Source: an uncultured Verrucomicrobiales bacterium
Lineage (GTDB): Bacteria > Verrucomicrobiota > Verrucomicrobiia > Limisphaerales > Palsa-1400
Assembly: GCA_903898185.1 (NCBI GenBank)
Contig: CAIUEN010000523.1
Span: 1 to 46,911, forward strand
Direction of reading: 5' to 3'
DNA length: 46,911 nucleotides
Made by a program: the position numbers and the translations under genes. How positions within the stretch are numbered: the stretch's first letter is position 1; each line of letters starts with the position of its first letter. Positions 19,436 through 27,104 of the stretch are shown here, piece after piece. The notes under the pieces were generated by a model. The model saw only the letters and a list, made by a program, of their open reading frames with translations. It did not search any database and was not told the origin of the DNA.

Positions 19436-20494
19436 ATGAAACCCAAAGTGGCGATTGTAGGGGCATCTGGTTATTCCGGCGAAGAGCTGGTTCGGCTGCT
19501 TTTACGGCATCCAGAGGTGGAATTATCGGCGGTAACCTCAAGGCAGTACGCCGGGCAGACGCTGGCCCAGATTTTTCCAAAGTTTGCAGGTTTTCCGGTT
19601 GCCCGGACGCTTTGCTTCACTGAGCCCAAGTCTGACTGGCTTGCCCGCGAGGCTCAGATTGTTTTCCTGGCACTGCCTCATGGCGTGGCTGCGGAATATG
19701 CGGTGCCGCTGCTGGAACTTGGCAGCCAAGTGATCGATTTGAGCGCGGATTTCCGGCTCAAGAGCGCGGACGTTTACAAAGATTTCTACGGCCACGATCA
19801 TCCGGCCCCGGCGTTGCTCGCAAAATCTGTTTACGGCCTGCCGGAGGTTTACCGCAACCAGATCAAGAGCGCCAAGCTCATTGCCTCGCCGGGCTGTTAT
19901 CCCACGAGCATTCTGCTGCCCACATTGCCGTTGATCCGGTCCAAGCTCATCAAACCCGGCGAGATCATTGCCGACTCGCTCAGTGGCGTCAGCGGCGCTG
20001 GACGCAAGGCGGAGTTGGACTATTTGTTTGTGGAATGCAACGAAAGCGCGCGGCCTTACGGCTTGCCCAAACATCGGCATCTGTCAGAGATCGAACAGGA
20101 GTTGAGCGTGGCTGCCGATCAGCCAGTGGTGATGCAATTCACGCCGCATTTGATCCCGGTCAATCGCGGTATTCTGACGACTCTTTACCTGGCGCCTGAA
20201 AAACCGGTCACCAATGCAGCCGAGGCTGCTGAATTGGCGGCGCAGGTTTCCGGTTGCTACCAAGCGGCCTACGCGCAGGAACCGTTTGTGCGCTTGCTTG
20301 CAGGCAAGGCGCTGCCAGACACAAAGAATGTCGTTGGATCGAACCAGATTGAGATCGGCTGGCGTGTGGATCCGCGATCGGGGCGGTTGATCGTGATGAG
20401 CGCCATAGACAACATTACCAAAGGTGCCAGCGGCCAGGCAGTTCAAAGCATGAATGTCTTGTGCGGATTCCCTGAGATAACCGGGCTTCTTTGA
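19436..20494 (+). CDS. argC: N-acetyl-gamma-glutamyl-phosphate reductase
   Basis: GASGYSG, LALPHG, DLSADFR, YGLPE, PGCYPT, SGVSGAG, DNITKGASGQA. Confidence 0.96.
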   Translation: MKPKVAIVGASGYSGEELVRLLLRHPEVELSAVTSRQYAGQTLAQIFPKFAGFPVARTLCFTEPKSDWLAREAQIVFLALPHGVAAEYAVPLLELGSQVIDLSADFRLKSADVYKDFYGHDHPAPALLAKSVYGLPEVYRNQIKSAKLIASPGCYPTSILLPTLPLIRSKLIKPGEIIADSLSGVSGAGRKAELDYLFVECNESARPYGLPKHRHLSEIEQELSVAADQPVVMQFTPHLIPVNRGILTTLYLAPEKPVTNAAEAAELAAQVSGCYQAAYAQEPFVRLLAGKALPDTKNVVGSNQIEIGWRVDPRSGRLIVMSAIDNITKGASGQAVQSMNVLCGFPEITGLL

Positions 20495-20496
20495 CC

Positions 20497-21195
20497 ATGA
20501 GCCTTGCCGGGAATTTAGAGAAAGTTGAGCGTCGCATTGCGGATGCCTGCGCGCGGTCTGGACGGAATCCGGACGAAGTCCAATTGGTGGCCGTTACCAA
20601 AGGCCATCCGCCGGAGGCTATCCGTGAGGCCGTTGACTTGGGACTTACGCTTTTCGGAGAAAACAAGTTACAGGAAGCCAAAGTCAAGATCAGCCGTTGT
20701 CCTGGACGGTTGCGCTGGCACATGATCGGCCATCTCCAATCCAACAAGGTCCGAGACGCAGTGCATTTTTTCGAAATGATCCAGAGCGTGGATAGTCTCT
20801 CGCTGGCTGAGGAAATAAACAGGTGGGCAGATCGTGGAGCCAAGACCATGCCGATCCTGCTGGAGGTCAATGTGGCCGGTGAATCGAGCAAGTTCGGCTA
20901 TCGTCCGGACCGGCTGCTCGCTGAACTTGCGCAGATCAATGCCCTGCCGAAAATTGAAATTCACGGCCTGATGACCATCGCGCCATGGACTCCGGAGCCT
21001 GAGAAAGTCCGTCCGGTGTTCCGGCGTTTGCGCGAGCTCAAGGCCGAATGCGATGCGATTCTTGGCGCGCCGCTGCCGCACCTCAGCATGGGGATGAGCG
21101 GCGACTTGGAGGTGGCGGTGGAGGAAGGCGCCACGATGGTGCGGATCGGCAGCGCGCTCTTTGGTCCGCGTCAAAAGATCGTAACGGAACGGTAG
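20497..21195 (+). CDS. yggS: PLP homeostasis protein, YggS family
   Basis: LVAVTK, FGEN, WHMIGHLQSNK, GLMTI, LSMGMSGD, GATMVRIGS. Confidence 0.95.
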   Translation: MSLAGNLEKVERRIADACARSGRNPDEVQLVAVTKGHPPEAIREAVDLGLTLFGENKLQEAKVKISRCPGRLRWHMIGHLQSNKVRDAVHFFEMIQSVDSLSLAEEINRWADRGAKTMPILLEVNVAGESSKFGYRPDRLLAELAQINALPKIEIHGLMTIAPWTPEPEKVRPVFRRLRELKAECDAILGAPLPHLSMGMSGDLEVAVEEGATMVRIGSALFGPRQKIVTER

Positions 21196-21380
21196 CATAG
21201 GCATCCTTGCCTGTGCCCCTCTCTCCGGCGAGCGTCAGCGAGACGCTAATTTATTCCGGCGACCCGAACAGTTACAAAAAATCGTAACAGTTCAGGTCAG
21301 AGGGAGAAATTAGCGTCTCGCTGACGCTCGCCGACCGAGGGGGGCACAGGCAAGGATGCCTATGCTACGTGAACAGTTAC
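21181..21380. mobile_element. Two inverted family A MITE/REP copies (21181-21275 and 21284-21380) separated and flanked by near-identical 8-mers
   Basis: Copy 2 has termini gtaacagttca...tgaacagttac and AAAAAATC on both sides; copy 1 is preceded by AAAAGATC. Confidence 0.85.
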
Positions 21381-21437
21381 AAAAAATCAACAAGCAGGAA
21401 GATGTGTGCTAGTGTAGGGTAACGGGAAATTGAATCT

Positions 21438-21722
21438 ATGGAATTGACGGTAAAGACATTTGAACAGGAGCTTGCGGAAGCCAACAAGGCATACGAGAGA
21501 TTTATCGTGTGCATTGACAAGGTGCCGGAGGAGTGCGGAGAATCTCTGCTATCCCTGATGGAAAAGGCGATCAAAGCCTACGTCAATCGCGGCCCCGGTT
21601 TGCGCCACGGCATCGCGTTGGATAAATTCGTCACGATCATCCTGAGCCAGACCGATGACGACCGCCCCCTATGCGGAATCTACTTCAATTTGCATTCGCC
21701 TTATAAAAAGCCGAGGAAGTGA
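21438..21722 (+). CDS. Small hypothetical protein (94 aa)
   Basis: ATG ORF with protein-like composition, convergent with the PLD gene; no motif recognised. Confidence 0.7.
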   Translation: MELTVKTFEQELAEANKAYERFIVCIDKVPEECGESLLSLMEKAIKAYVNRGPGLRHGIALDKFVTIILSQTDDDRPLCGIYFNLHSPYKKPRK

Positions 21723-21740
21723 GGGAGTCGGCGTGAACAG

Positions 21741-22883
21741 TTACCGTCTTTGTTTCAGCCTCTGTCCTATATTCCGCCATTGGTAGTGGGCGATGCTGGG
21801 ATCGAGCCGGGCCAGAAGGAGATATGACATCCGCGCTTTGAGTTTTTCCCACATGCTCCTTGATTTGCGCCACTGTTGGGGGTCGATGCGTCGGCAGAGT
21901 GGCAAGTCGTGAGCAAAGATGTCACGTCCCTGAGCGGCGAGATGCGAATTCGCCAACCTGAGAGTTAATTCGTAGTTGATGCCCAAGCTGCGAGTATCGA
22001 GGTTTGCGGAACCAGCGTAAACGACGTCGTCGATGAGAATCAGCTTCGCATGTAAAATTTGAGGTTGATACTCGAAGATTTCAACCCCGGACCGCAAAAG
22101 CCGGGTATAAAAGCTTTGTGCTGCGAGAGACGACAGGGGGACATCGGTTTTGCCCGGAAGAATGAGCTGAACTTGAGCCCCGCGCCGCGCTGCTTTAGCG
22201 AGAGCGCGCCGCAGGCGCCAAGTCGGAAGGAAATAAGCCGACATGATCTGGATTCTGGAGGCATTTTGAAAATCGTTTAGTAGCGCTCGTTTGATCGGAT
22301 TGTTGCGTCCAGGACCGCTCAGCAGGAGGCGTCCCCCAGAGGTCTGAATGGTCCGCTGCCGCGACGGAAGCAGCCGCGCAAATGGCGGATGTGTGAAATC
22401 CGCGTCTGTGAACATTTCATCGAACGCCAGCGCCAACTCCTGAGCAAGGGTACCGCAAAGGGCCACACCGAGATCACGCCAGCCGCGCGTGACCCCGTCG
22501 CCTGTATAGGATGGCCCGATATTGAATCCACCGATTATGGCCGACTCGTCGTCGCAGACCAGCATCTTGCGATGATCGCGGAATACGAGTTGACGAAGGG
22601 TTATCGGATTGAACCAGCGAAATTGACCGCTGTTCACTCGGAGAATATCCCAAAAAGTCGAGGGCAATCCGATGGAACCCCAAGCGTCAAGCAGGATACG
22701 GACCCGAACACCTCGTTGGCAGGCGCTGACCAATGCATGTCTGAGCAGCTCCGCCGATGGCCCCGGTGCAAAGATGTACATTTCCATTCGAATCGAGCGC
22801 TTGGCTCCGCTGATGGCGGCCATCATCTCGGCTATGACTTGGTCGCCGGTCGTAATCCAGCGAAACGGAACGTTTGGGTCCAT
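21741..22883 (-). CDS. Phospholipase D family protein, cardiolipin synthase (ClsB-like)
   Basis: Two HKD motifs (DHRKMLVCD..GGFN; LHAKLILID..GSANLD). Start placed at ATG 22883 because GTG 22901 lies in a repeat terminus. Confidence 0.88.
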   Translation of the reverse strand: MDPNVPFRWITTGDQVIAEMMAAISGAKRSIRMEMYIFAPGPSAELLRHALVSACQRGVRVRILLDAWGSIGLPSTFWDILRVNSGQFRWFNPITLRQLVFRDHRKMLVCDDESAIIGGFNIGPSYTGDGVTRGWRDLGVALCGTLAQELALAFDEMFTDADFTHPPFARLLPSRQRTIQTSGGRLLLSGPGRNNPIKRALLNDFQNASRIQIMSAYFLPTWRLRRALAKAARRGAQVQLILPGKTDVPLSSLAAQSFYTRLLRSGVEIFEYQPQILHAKLILIDDVVYAGSANLDTRSLGINYELTLRLANSHLAAQGRDIFAHDLPLCRRIDPQQWRKSRSMWEKLKARMSYLLLARLDPSIAHYQWRNIGQRLKQRR

Positions 22884-22889
22884 GCGAAG

Positions 22890-22985
22890 ATAACTATTCA
22901 CGTAGCATAGGCATCCTTGCCTGTGCCCCTCTTTCCGTTGAGCGTCAGCGAGACGCTCATTTTTCCTTCTGACCTGAACGGTTAT
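22890..22985 (+). repeat. Family A MITE/REP copy
   Basis: ataactattcac-gtagcataggcatccttgcctgtgcccct...gacctgaacggttat. Confidence 0.85.
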
Positions 22986-23080
22986 GAATGAAGATAGGGA
23001 CCGAAGCGCGGATTTTCAAGGCCTTAGGCATTTTTCATATTCTTATTTCCTGCCCGCCCGGAAGGGTTTAAAACTCATCT

Positions 23081-24100
23081 ATGAATCGAACGACGTTGTC
23101 GGTAGGGCAGGTGCGCCGGTTGCTGGAAGGGGCGGCCAAAGCTCGCATTGTTGTCTTGGGGGACGTGATCCTGGATCAATTCGTCTGGGGGCGAGTCACT
23201 CGAATATCCCCGGAAGCTCCCGTGCCGGTTGTCGATTTCGACCGCGAAAGTTTCATCCCCGGCGGCGCAGCCAACGTGGCGCGCAACTTGGCGAACTTGA
23301 ACGTTACGACCGAGATTCTCGGCGTCGTTGGCCAGGATGACGCGGCGCACACGCTGCGCAAGTTGTTAACGCAAAACAAGATTGGCTGTTCAGGGCTCCT
23401 CTCGTTGCCAGGACGGATCACGAGCATCAAAACCCGCATTGTTGCCCATCAGCAGCAGGTGGTGCGGGTGGACCGCGAAACGCGCGGCGATATTAGTGGT
23501 CCGATGCTAAAACGCCTTCTGCGACAATTGGAGAAAACGCTCGATGGCGCAGACGCCTTGATCCTGGGGGACTACGCCAAAGGGGTGATCACTCAACCGC
23601 TGCTTGACGTCGTGAGCAAGCTTTGCCGTGAGCGAGGCATTTGGCTGAGCCTCGACCCAAAGCCGCTGCATTCTCTCGACCTTTCCGGAGTATCGCTCCT
23701 GACACCGAATCGCAAGGAGGCGTTCGAACTGGCCGGCATGACCGACAATGGTCGGCATGATTCTCCCGCGCAGGATGCGAATCTTTTGCTGGTTGCTGAC
23801 AAGTTGTTCGTTGACTACGCCCCCGCGCTGCTGTTGATTACGCTTGGCGAGCAGGGCATGTTGCTCTGCCAGCGCGAGCAGAAGCCCTTTCACATCCCGA
23901 CCGTGGCACAAGAGGTGTTCGACGTCTCTGGCGCGGGAGACACCGTCATCGCCTCATTCACGCTGGCGGTGGTTTTGGGAGCCTCACCAATCGAGGCGGC
24001 CATCTTCTCGAATCACGCCGCTGGAGTTGTCGTTGGAAAGGTTGGCACCGCGACGGTTCACGCGCAGGAGTTGATCGATAGCTTTAACGGACAAAGGTAA
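23081..24100 (+). CDS. rfaE1: D-glycero-beta-D-manno-heptose-7-phosphate kinase (HldE kinase domain)
   Basis: GDVILDQ..RISPEAPVPV, GGAANVA, KTRI..QQVVRVD, DYAKG, TPNRKEA, DVSGAGDT. Confidence 0.92.
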   Translation: MNRTTLSVGQVRRLLEGAAKARIVVLGDVILDQFVWGRVTRISPEAPVPVVDFDRESFIPGGAANVARNLANLNVTTEILGVVGQDDAAHTLRKLLTQNKIGCSGLLSLPGRITSIKTRIVAHQQQVVRVDRETRGDISGPMLKRLLRQLEKTLDGADALILGDYAKGVITQPLLDVVSKLCRERGIWLSLDPKPLHSLDLSGVSLLTPNRKEAFELAGMTDNGRHDSPAQDANLLLVADKLFVDYAPALLLITLGEQGMLLCQREQKPFHIPTVAQEVFDVSGAGDTVIASFTLAVVLGASPIEAAIFSNHAAGVVVGKVGTATVHAQELIDSFNGQR

Positions 24101-24104
24101 TTGC

Positions 24105-24878
24105 ATGAGTCAGAGCAAGAGCACATCAATTCGGGATATGAAAGGCCGTCAGCGAGTGGCGGCATTGACAGCATACGATTATCCAACTGCCTGCATCCTT
24201 GATCAGGCGGGCATCCCGCTGATCCTTGTCGGCGATTCGCTCGGCATGGTCGTTCTGGGCTACCCGGACACCACGCATGTAACGATGGGGGAGATGGAGC
24301 ACCATGTTCGTGCCGTCGCGCGGGCAAAACCGCAAGGACTGCTGGTGGCCGATCTTCCGTATCGCAGTTGCGAGACCCCGGAACAAGCGGTTGAAAATGC
24401 GCGTCGTCTTGTCGCCGCCGGTGCGGAGGCGGTCAAAGCCGAAGGCGGACAAGCCATCCTGCCGCAGGTTCAGGCAATCCTCACGGACGGTATCCCCTTC
24501 TGCGGGCATTTGGGGATGCTGCCGCAAAGTGTTCTGGAAGAGGGCGGATACCATGTTAAGGGCAAGGCCGAGGCCGAACGCCAGGCGCTGCTCGCCGATG
24601 CGCGGGCCTTGGCTGACGTCGGCGCTTTTGCCATTGTCCTCGAATTAGTCACGGCGGTCGTCGCGCGCGAGATTTCGGAAAGCATTTCAATTCCCACCAT
24701 CGGCATCGGAGCCGGATCCCATTGCGATGGCGAAATACTCGTTGTAACCGACTTGTTTGGAACCTCTGGAGATTACATTCCCCGACATGTGAAAAAAAGT
24801 TGGCGTTTGAGCCAACAAATGCGATCAGCCGTTGTTGAATGGAAAGAGAGCGTGGTCAATCCCGTTCCGATCGGGTAG
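24105..24878 (+). CDS. panB: 3-methyl-2-oxobutanoate hydroxymethyltransferase
   Basis: LTAYD, LVGDSLGM, ADLP, VKAEGG, GHLGMLPQ, IPTIGIGAG..CDG. Confidence 0.95.
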   Translation: MSQSKSTSIRDMKGRQRVAALTAYDYPTACILDQAGIPLILVGDSLGMVVLGYPDTTHVTMGEMEHHVRAVARAKPQGLLVADLPYRSCETPEQAVENARRLVAAGAEAVKAEGGQAILPQVQAILTDGIPFCGHLGMLPQSVLEEGGYHVKGKAEAERQALLADARALADVGAFAIVLELVTAVVAREISESISIPTIGIGAGSHCDGEILVVTDLFGTSGDYIPRHVKKSWRLSQQMRSAVVEWKESVVNPVPIG

Positions 24879-24891
24879 GCACTCTGACGGC

Positions 24892-24963
24892 TATACTTTG
24901 AACGGGTAATATCGTTCATTCTTCTTGGTGCAAAAAACAACCTTCTTACCCGTTCAAAGTTTA
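24892..24963. repeat. 72-bp palindromic MITE-like family B, copy 2
   Basis: tatactttgaacgggtaata...tcttacccgttcaaagttta; same length and similar interior to 4256-4327. Confidence 0.8.
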
Positions 24964-24978
24964 AATGCCTTGTTCTTC

Positions 24979-25048
24979 ATCTGCGTTAATCTGCGTCATC
25001 TGCGGTTAACAGTTCTTTAACCACAGATGAACGCAGATGAACGCAGAT
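24979..25048. repeat. Inverted pair of short tandem arrays
   Basis: atctgcgttaatctgcgtcatctgcggttaa-cagttct-ttaaccacagatgaacgcagatgaacgcagat. Confidence 0.75.
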
Positions 25049-25113
25049 ATTATGAATCAAAGAAATAGGGAGACTCTTGCCAGAGATCTACCCCACATAA
25101 TGAGAATTCCTGT

Positions 25114-25482
25114 ATGCGAAATGCCCTGATTTTTTCCACGCTGCTGATGCTGACCGTCGGTTGCGTTTCAAAATCCGAAGCCCGTCGGCAGGCACATGAA
25201 GCGTTCATGGCCGGTCAGCTCCAATCCGTTGCGGCGGCAACCGCAAGGAGCCAACCTGCCGGCATAACTTTCCGGGGCGATGTCAAAAACGAGACTCTTC
25301 CCTGGACCGACGATCTCACTCTCACCCAGGCTATTGTCTCTGCCGAATACCAAGGCATGAACGATCCCAGTCGCATCGTCATCACCCGCAACGGCCAAAC
25401 CATCCAGGTCAAACCGCGCGATTTGCTTCATGGAAAAGACGTGCCGCTGGAACCGGGTGATATTATTGATCTCCAGCATTAG
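25114..25482 (+). CDS. Putative lipoprotein with SLBB-like C-terminal domain
   Basis: Lipobox-like LTVGC; GDVKN..LTLTQAI..IVITR..DVPLEPGDII resembles an SLBB fold. Confidence 0.7.
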   Translation: MRNALIFSTLLMLTVGCVSKSEARRQAHEAFMAGQLQSVAAATARSQPAGITFRGDVKNETLPWTDDLTLTQAIVSAEYQGMNDPSRIVITRNGQTIQVKPRDLLHGKDVPLEPGDIIDLQH

Positions 25483-25499
25483 TCTGATAATCTGAGCGC

Positions 25500-26306
25500 A
25501 TGAAGCAGATGCAAAACGCATTCCGTAATTGGCCCAGAGTTCAATGTCTTGCCTTGGGCCTCGCAATTTTGGCGTTGATCGCCGGATGCGCCGGCCCCGC
25601 AATCGACCCGCAACGTGACAATGAGGCTCTCGAAATTCCTGGATTTCTCATCAGTCCCGCAATGGCGCTGATGACCAATACCGATGGGTTTACCGCGCGC
25701 GTCGAAGTTCAGACGCCAAGCTCCCTCGGTATAAAGACTCAGACGGGGCGCGTTTTTGGTCGAGGCTCCCGTCTCTTGTTCCTGCCCGACTATCGAAAAA
25801 GCGCCTTCAGCAAACAACGCGCAGCCGAGAAAACCAGCTTTGTCTGGGATGTGGCCGAGAGCAAAGGTTACGTGTTTAACGAGGCGCTGCAAGGTTATGC
25901 GCCCTATTCCATATCAGCTCGTGTCACCAGCCTTAAGGTGACTGACGTGGAATCGGTGTTCAACGAGTTTGATGGTCACCGCTGCCACCGGGGCGAAGCA
26001 TCAATCGGCATTAGTGAAGGTCCCGAAGCCCTGTTTACCATCTGGCGCGCCACTGATCTCAAAGCATTGCCGCTGCAGATCAAAGCCGCCAACGGACAGT
26101 GCGTCATTAATTTTTCAAAAATCAGCTTCGAACGGATTGGCGCCAGCCTCTTCAATCCGCCGGAAGGCTTTACCAGGCACGCGAGCCCGGAGATGATGCA
26201 AGGCACGCTGCTCGAACGCCAGATCTCAGCCAAGAAAAAGCGATACGAATCCGGCGACTCCGACATCGAGAACACCTCCGACCAGTCTCACAAGACACCC
26301 AAGTAG
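25500..26306 (+). CDS. Putative lipoprotein, DUF4412-like
   Basis: Lipobox LIAGC; DGHRC..WRATDLKALP..FNPPEGF parallels 13317..14069. Confidence 0.7.
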   Translation: MKQMQNAFRNWPRVQCLALGLAILALIAGCAGPAIDPQRDNEALEIPGFLISPAMALMTNTDGFTARVEVQTPSSLGIKTQTGRVFGRGSRLLFLPDYRKSAFSKQRAAEKTSFVWDVAESKGYVFNEALQGYAPYSISARVTSLKVTDVESVFNEFDGHRCHRGEASIGISEGPEALFTIWRATDLKALPLQIKAANGQCVINFSKISFERIGASLFNPPEGFTRHASPEMMQGTLLERQISAKKKRYESGDSDIENTSDQSHKTPK

Positions 26307-26338
26307 AGCAGCGCTTCCAGCCTGCTCAGCGTCGGCGT

Positions 26339-26378
26339 GAATCGTTGAATCGTTGAATTGTTGAACCGTTGAATCGTT
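26339..26378. repeat. Five copies of an 8-bp tandem repeat
   Basis: gaatcgtt gaatcgtt gaattgtt gaaccgtt gaatcgtt. Confidence 0.85.
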
Positions 26379-26509
26379 TCAAGCTTTTGGAGTGTGACAT
26401 TACACTGGGGATGAGAAATAAAACAGTCGTTGCCGCCGCCCCGTTCAAGGCTCTGTTCAAAGAGTTGTTCACTTGGTATTTTATCTACTCACTGCTGCGT
26501 CAATGCGGC

Positions 26510-26774
26510 TTGCGTCGCCGTTGTCCACCAGAATCTCCCCAAGATGAATAAGCGAGACCGGGTCCGGGCCTGCTATCAACACAGTTGCTTACTCCATGTC
26601 TCGAACAAGGTCATGACTAACACAACGCTTCGCGAGCGATTCAAAATCTCGGAAGCCGATTATCCCATAGCTTCCAGAATTATTCGGGAAACGGTACAAT
26701 CCACGTTGATCAAGTTGGAAGATCCAGAGAGTAAATCCAAGAAGCATGCCAAATACGTTCCCTTTTGGACTTAA
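26510..26774 (+). pseudogene. C-terminal remnant of an AlbA/RecG-C-like ATP-binding transcription-regulator-type protein
   Basis: DRVRACYQHSCL..MTNTTLRERF..ASRII..YVPFW resembles, from memory, the C-terminus of that family; the N-terminal part is missing. Confidence 0.55.
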
Positions 26775-26928
26775 GTTCTTATGTGCTGCTTATGTGCAAA
26801 ACAAACCATCCCACCACAACCTGTTGCGGTCAGGACTCTGATTGCATCCATACCATTGAAATGCTTATGTGCCGCTTATGTGCAAAGTGCGTCAGAACCA
26901 TTCAAACCTAGCTTTAGTGCTCAATCCC

Positions 26929-27092
26929 ATGCCGCTCAAACCCTGGTATAAAGTCGTCAGTCGTCACCCCGCGCGAAGACCTTCGCGAGGGCAAGCCGCA
27001 CGACGCATCCAAATTTGCCGTCCATCTTGATCGGGTGCGCGAAGGCTCTGCCCCCGCCGATTATCAAAATCCGGAAAGGTTTTTGAGCGCAT
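26929..27092 (+). pseudogene. Frameshifted, truncated N-terminus of a DUF499-family ATPase
   Basis: Removing the 7-bp duplication agtcgtc (26952-26965) gives MPLKPWYKVVTPREDLREGKPHDASKFAVHLDRVREGSAPADYQNPERF, which looks like a DUF499 N-terminus (recognised from memory). Confidence 0.65.
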
Positions 27093-27104
27093 GAGAGCGC
27101 GCGG

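Noticed and set aside
21181-21388. Possible CRISPR array
   Set aside because: The repeats are inverted, ~96 bp long, with no unique spacers and no cas genes in the window
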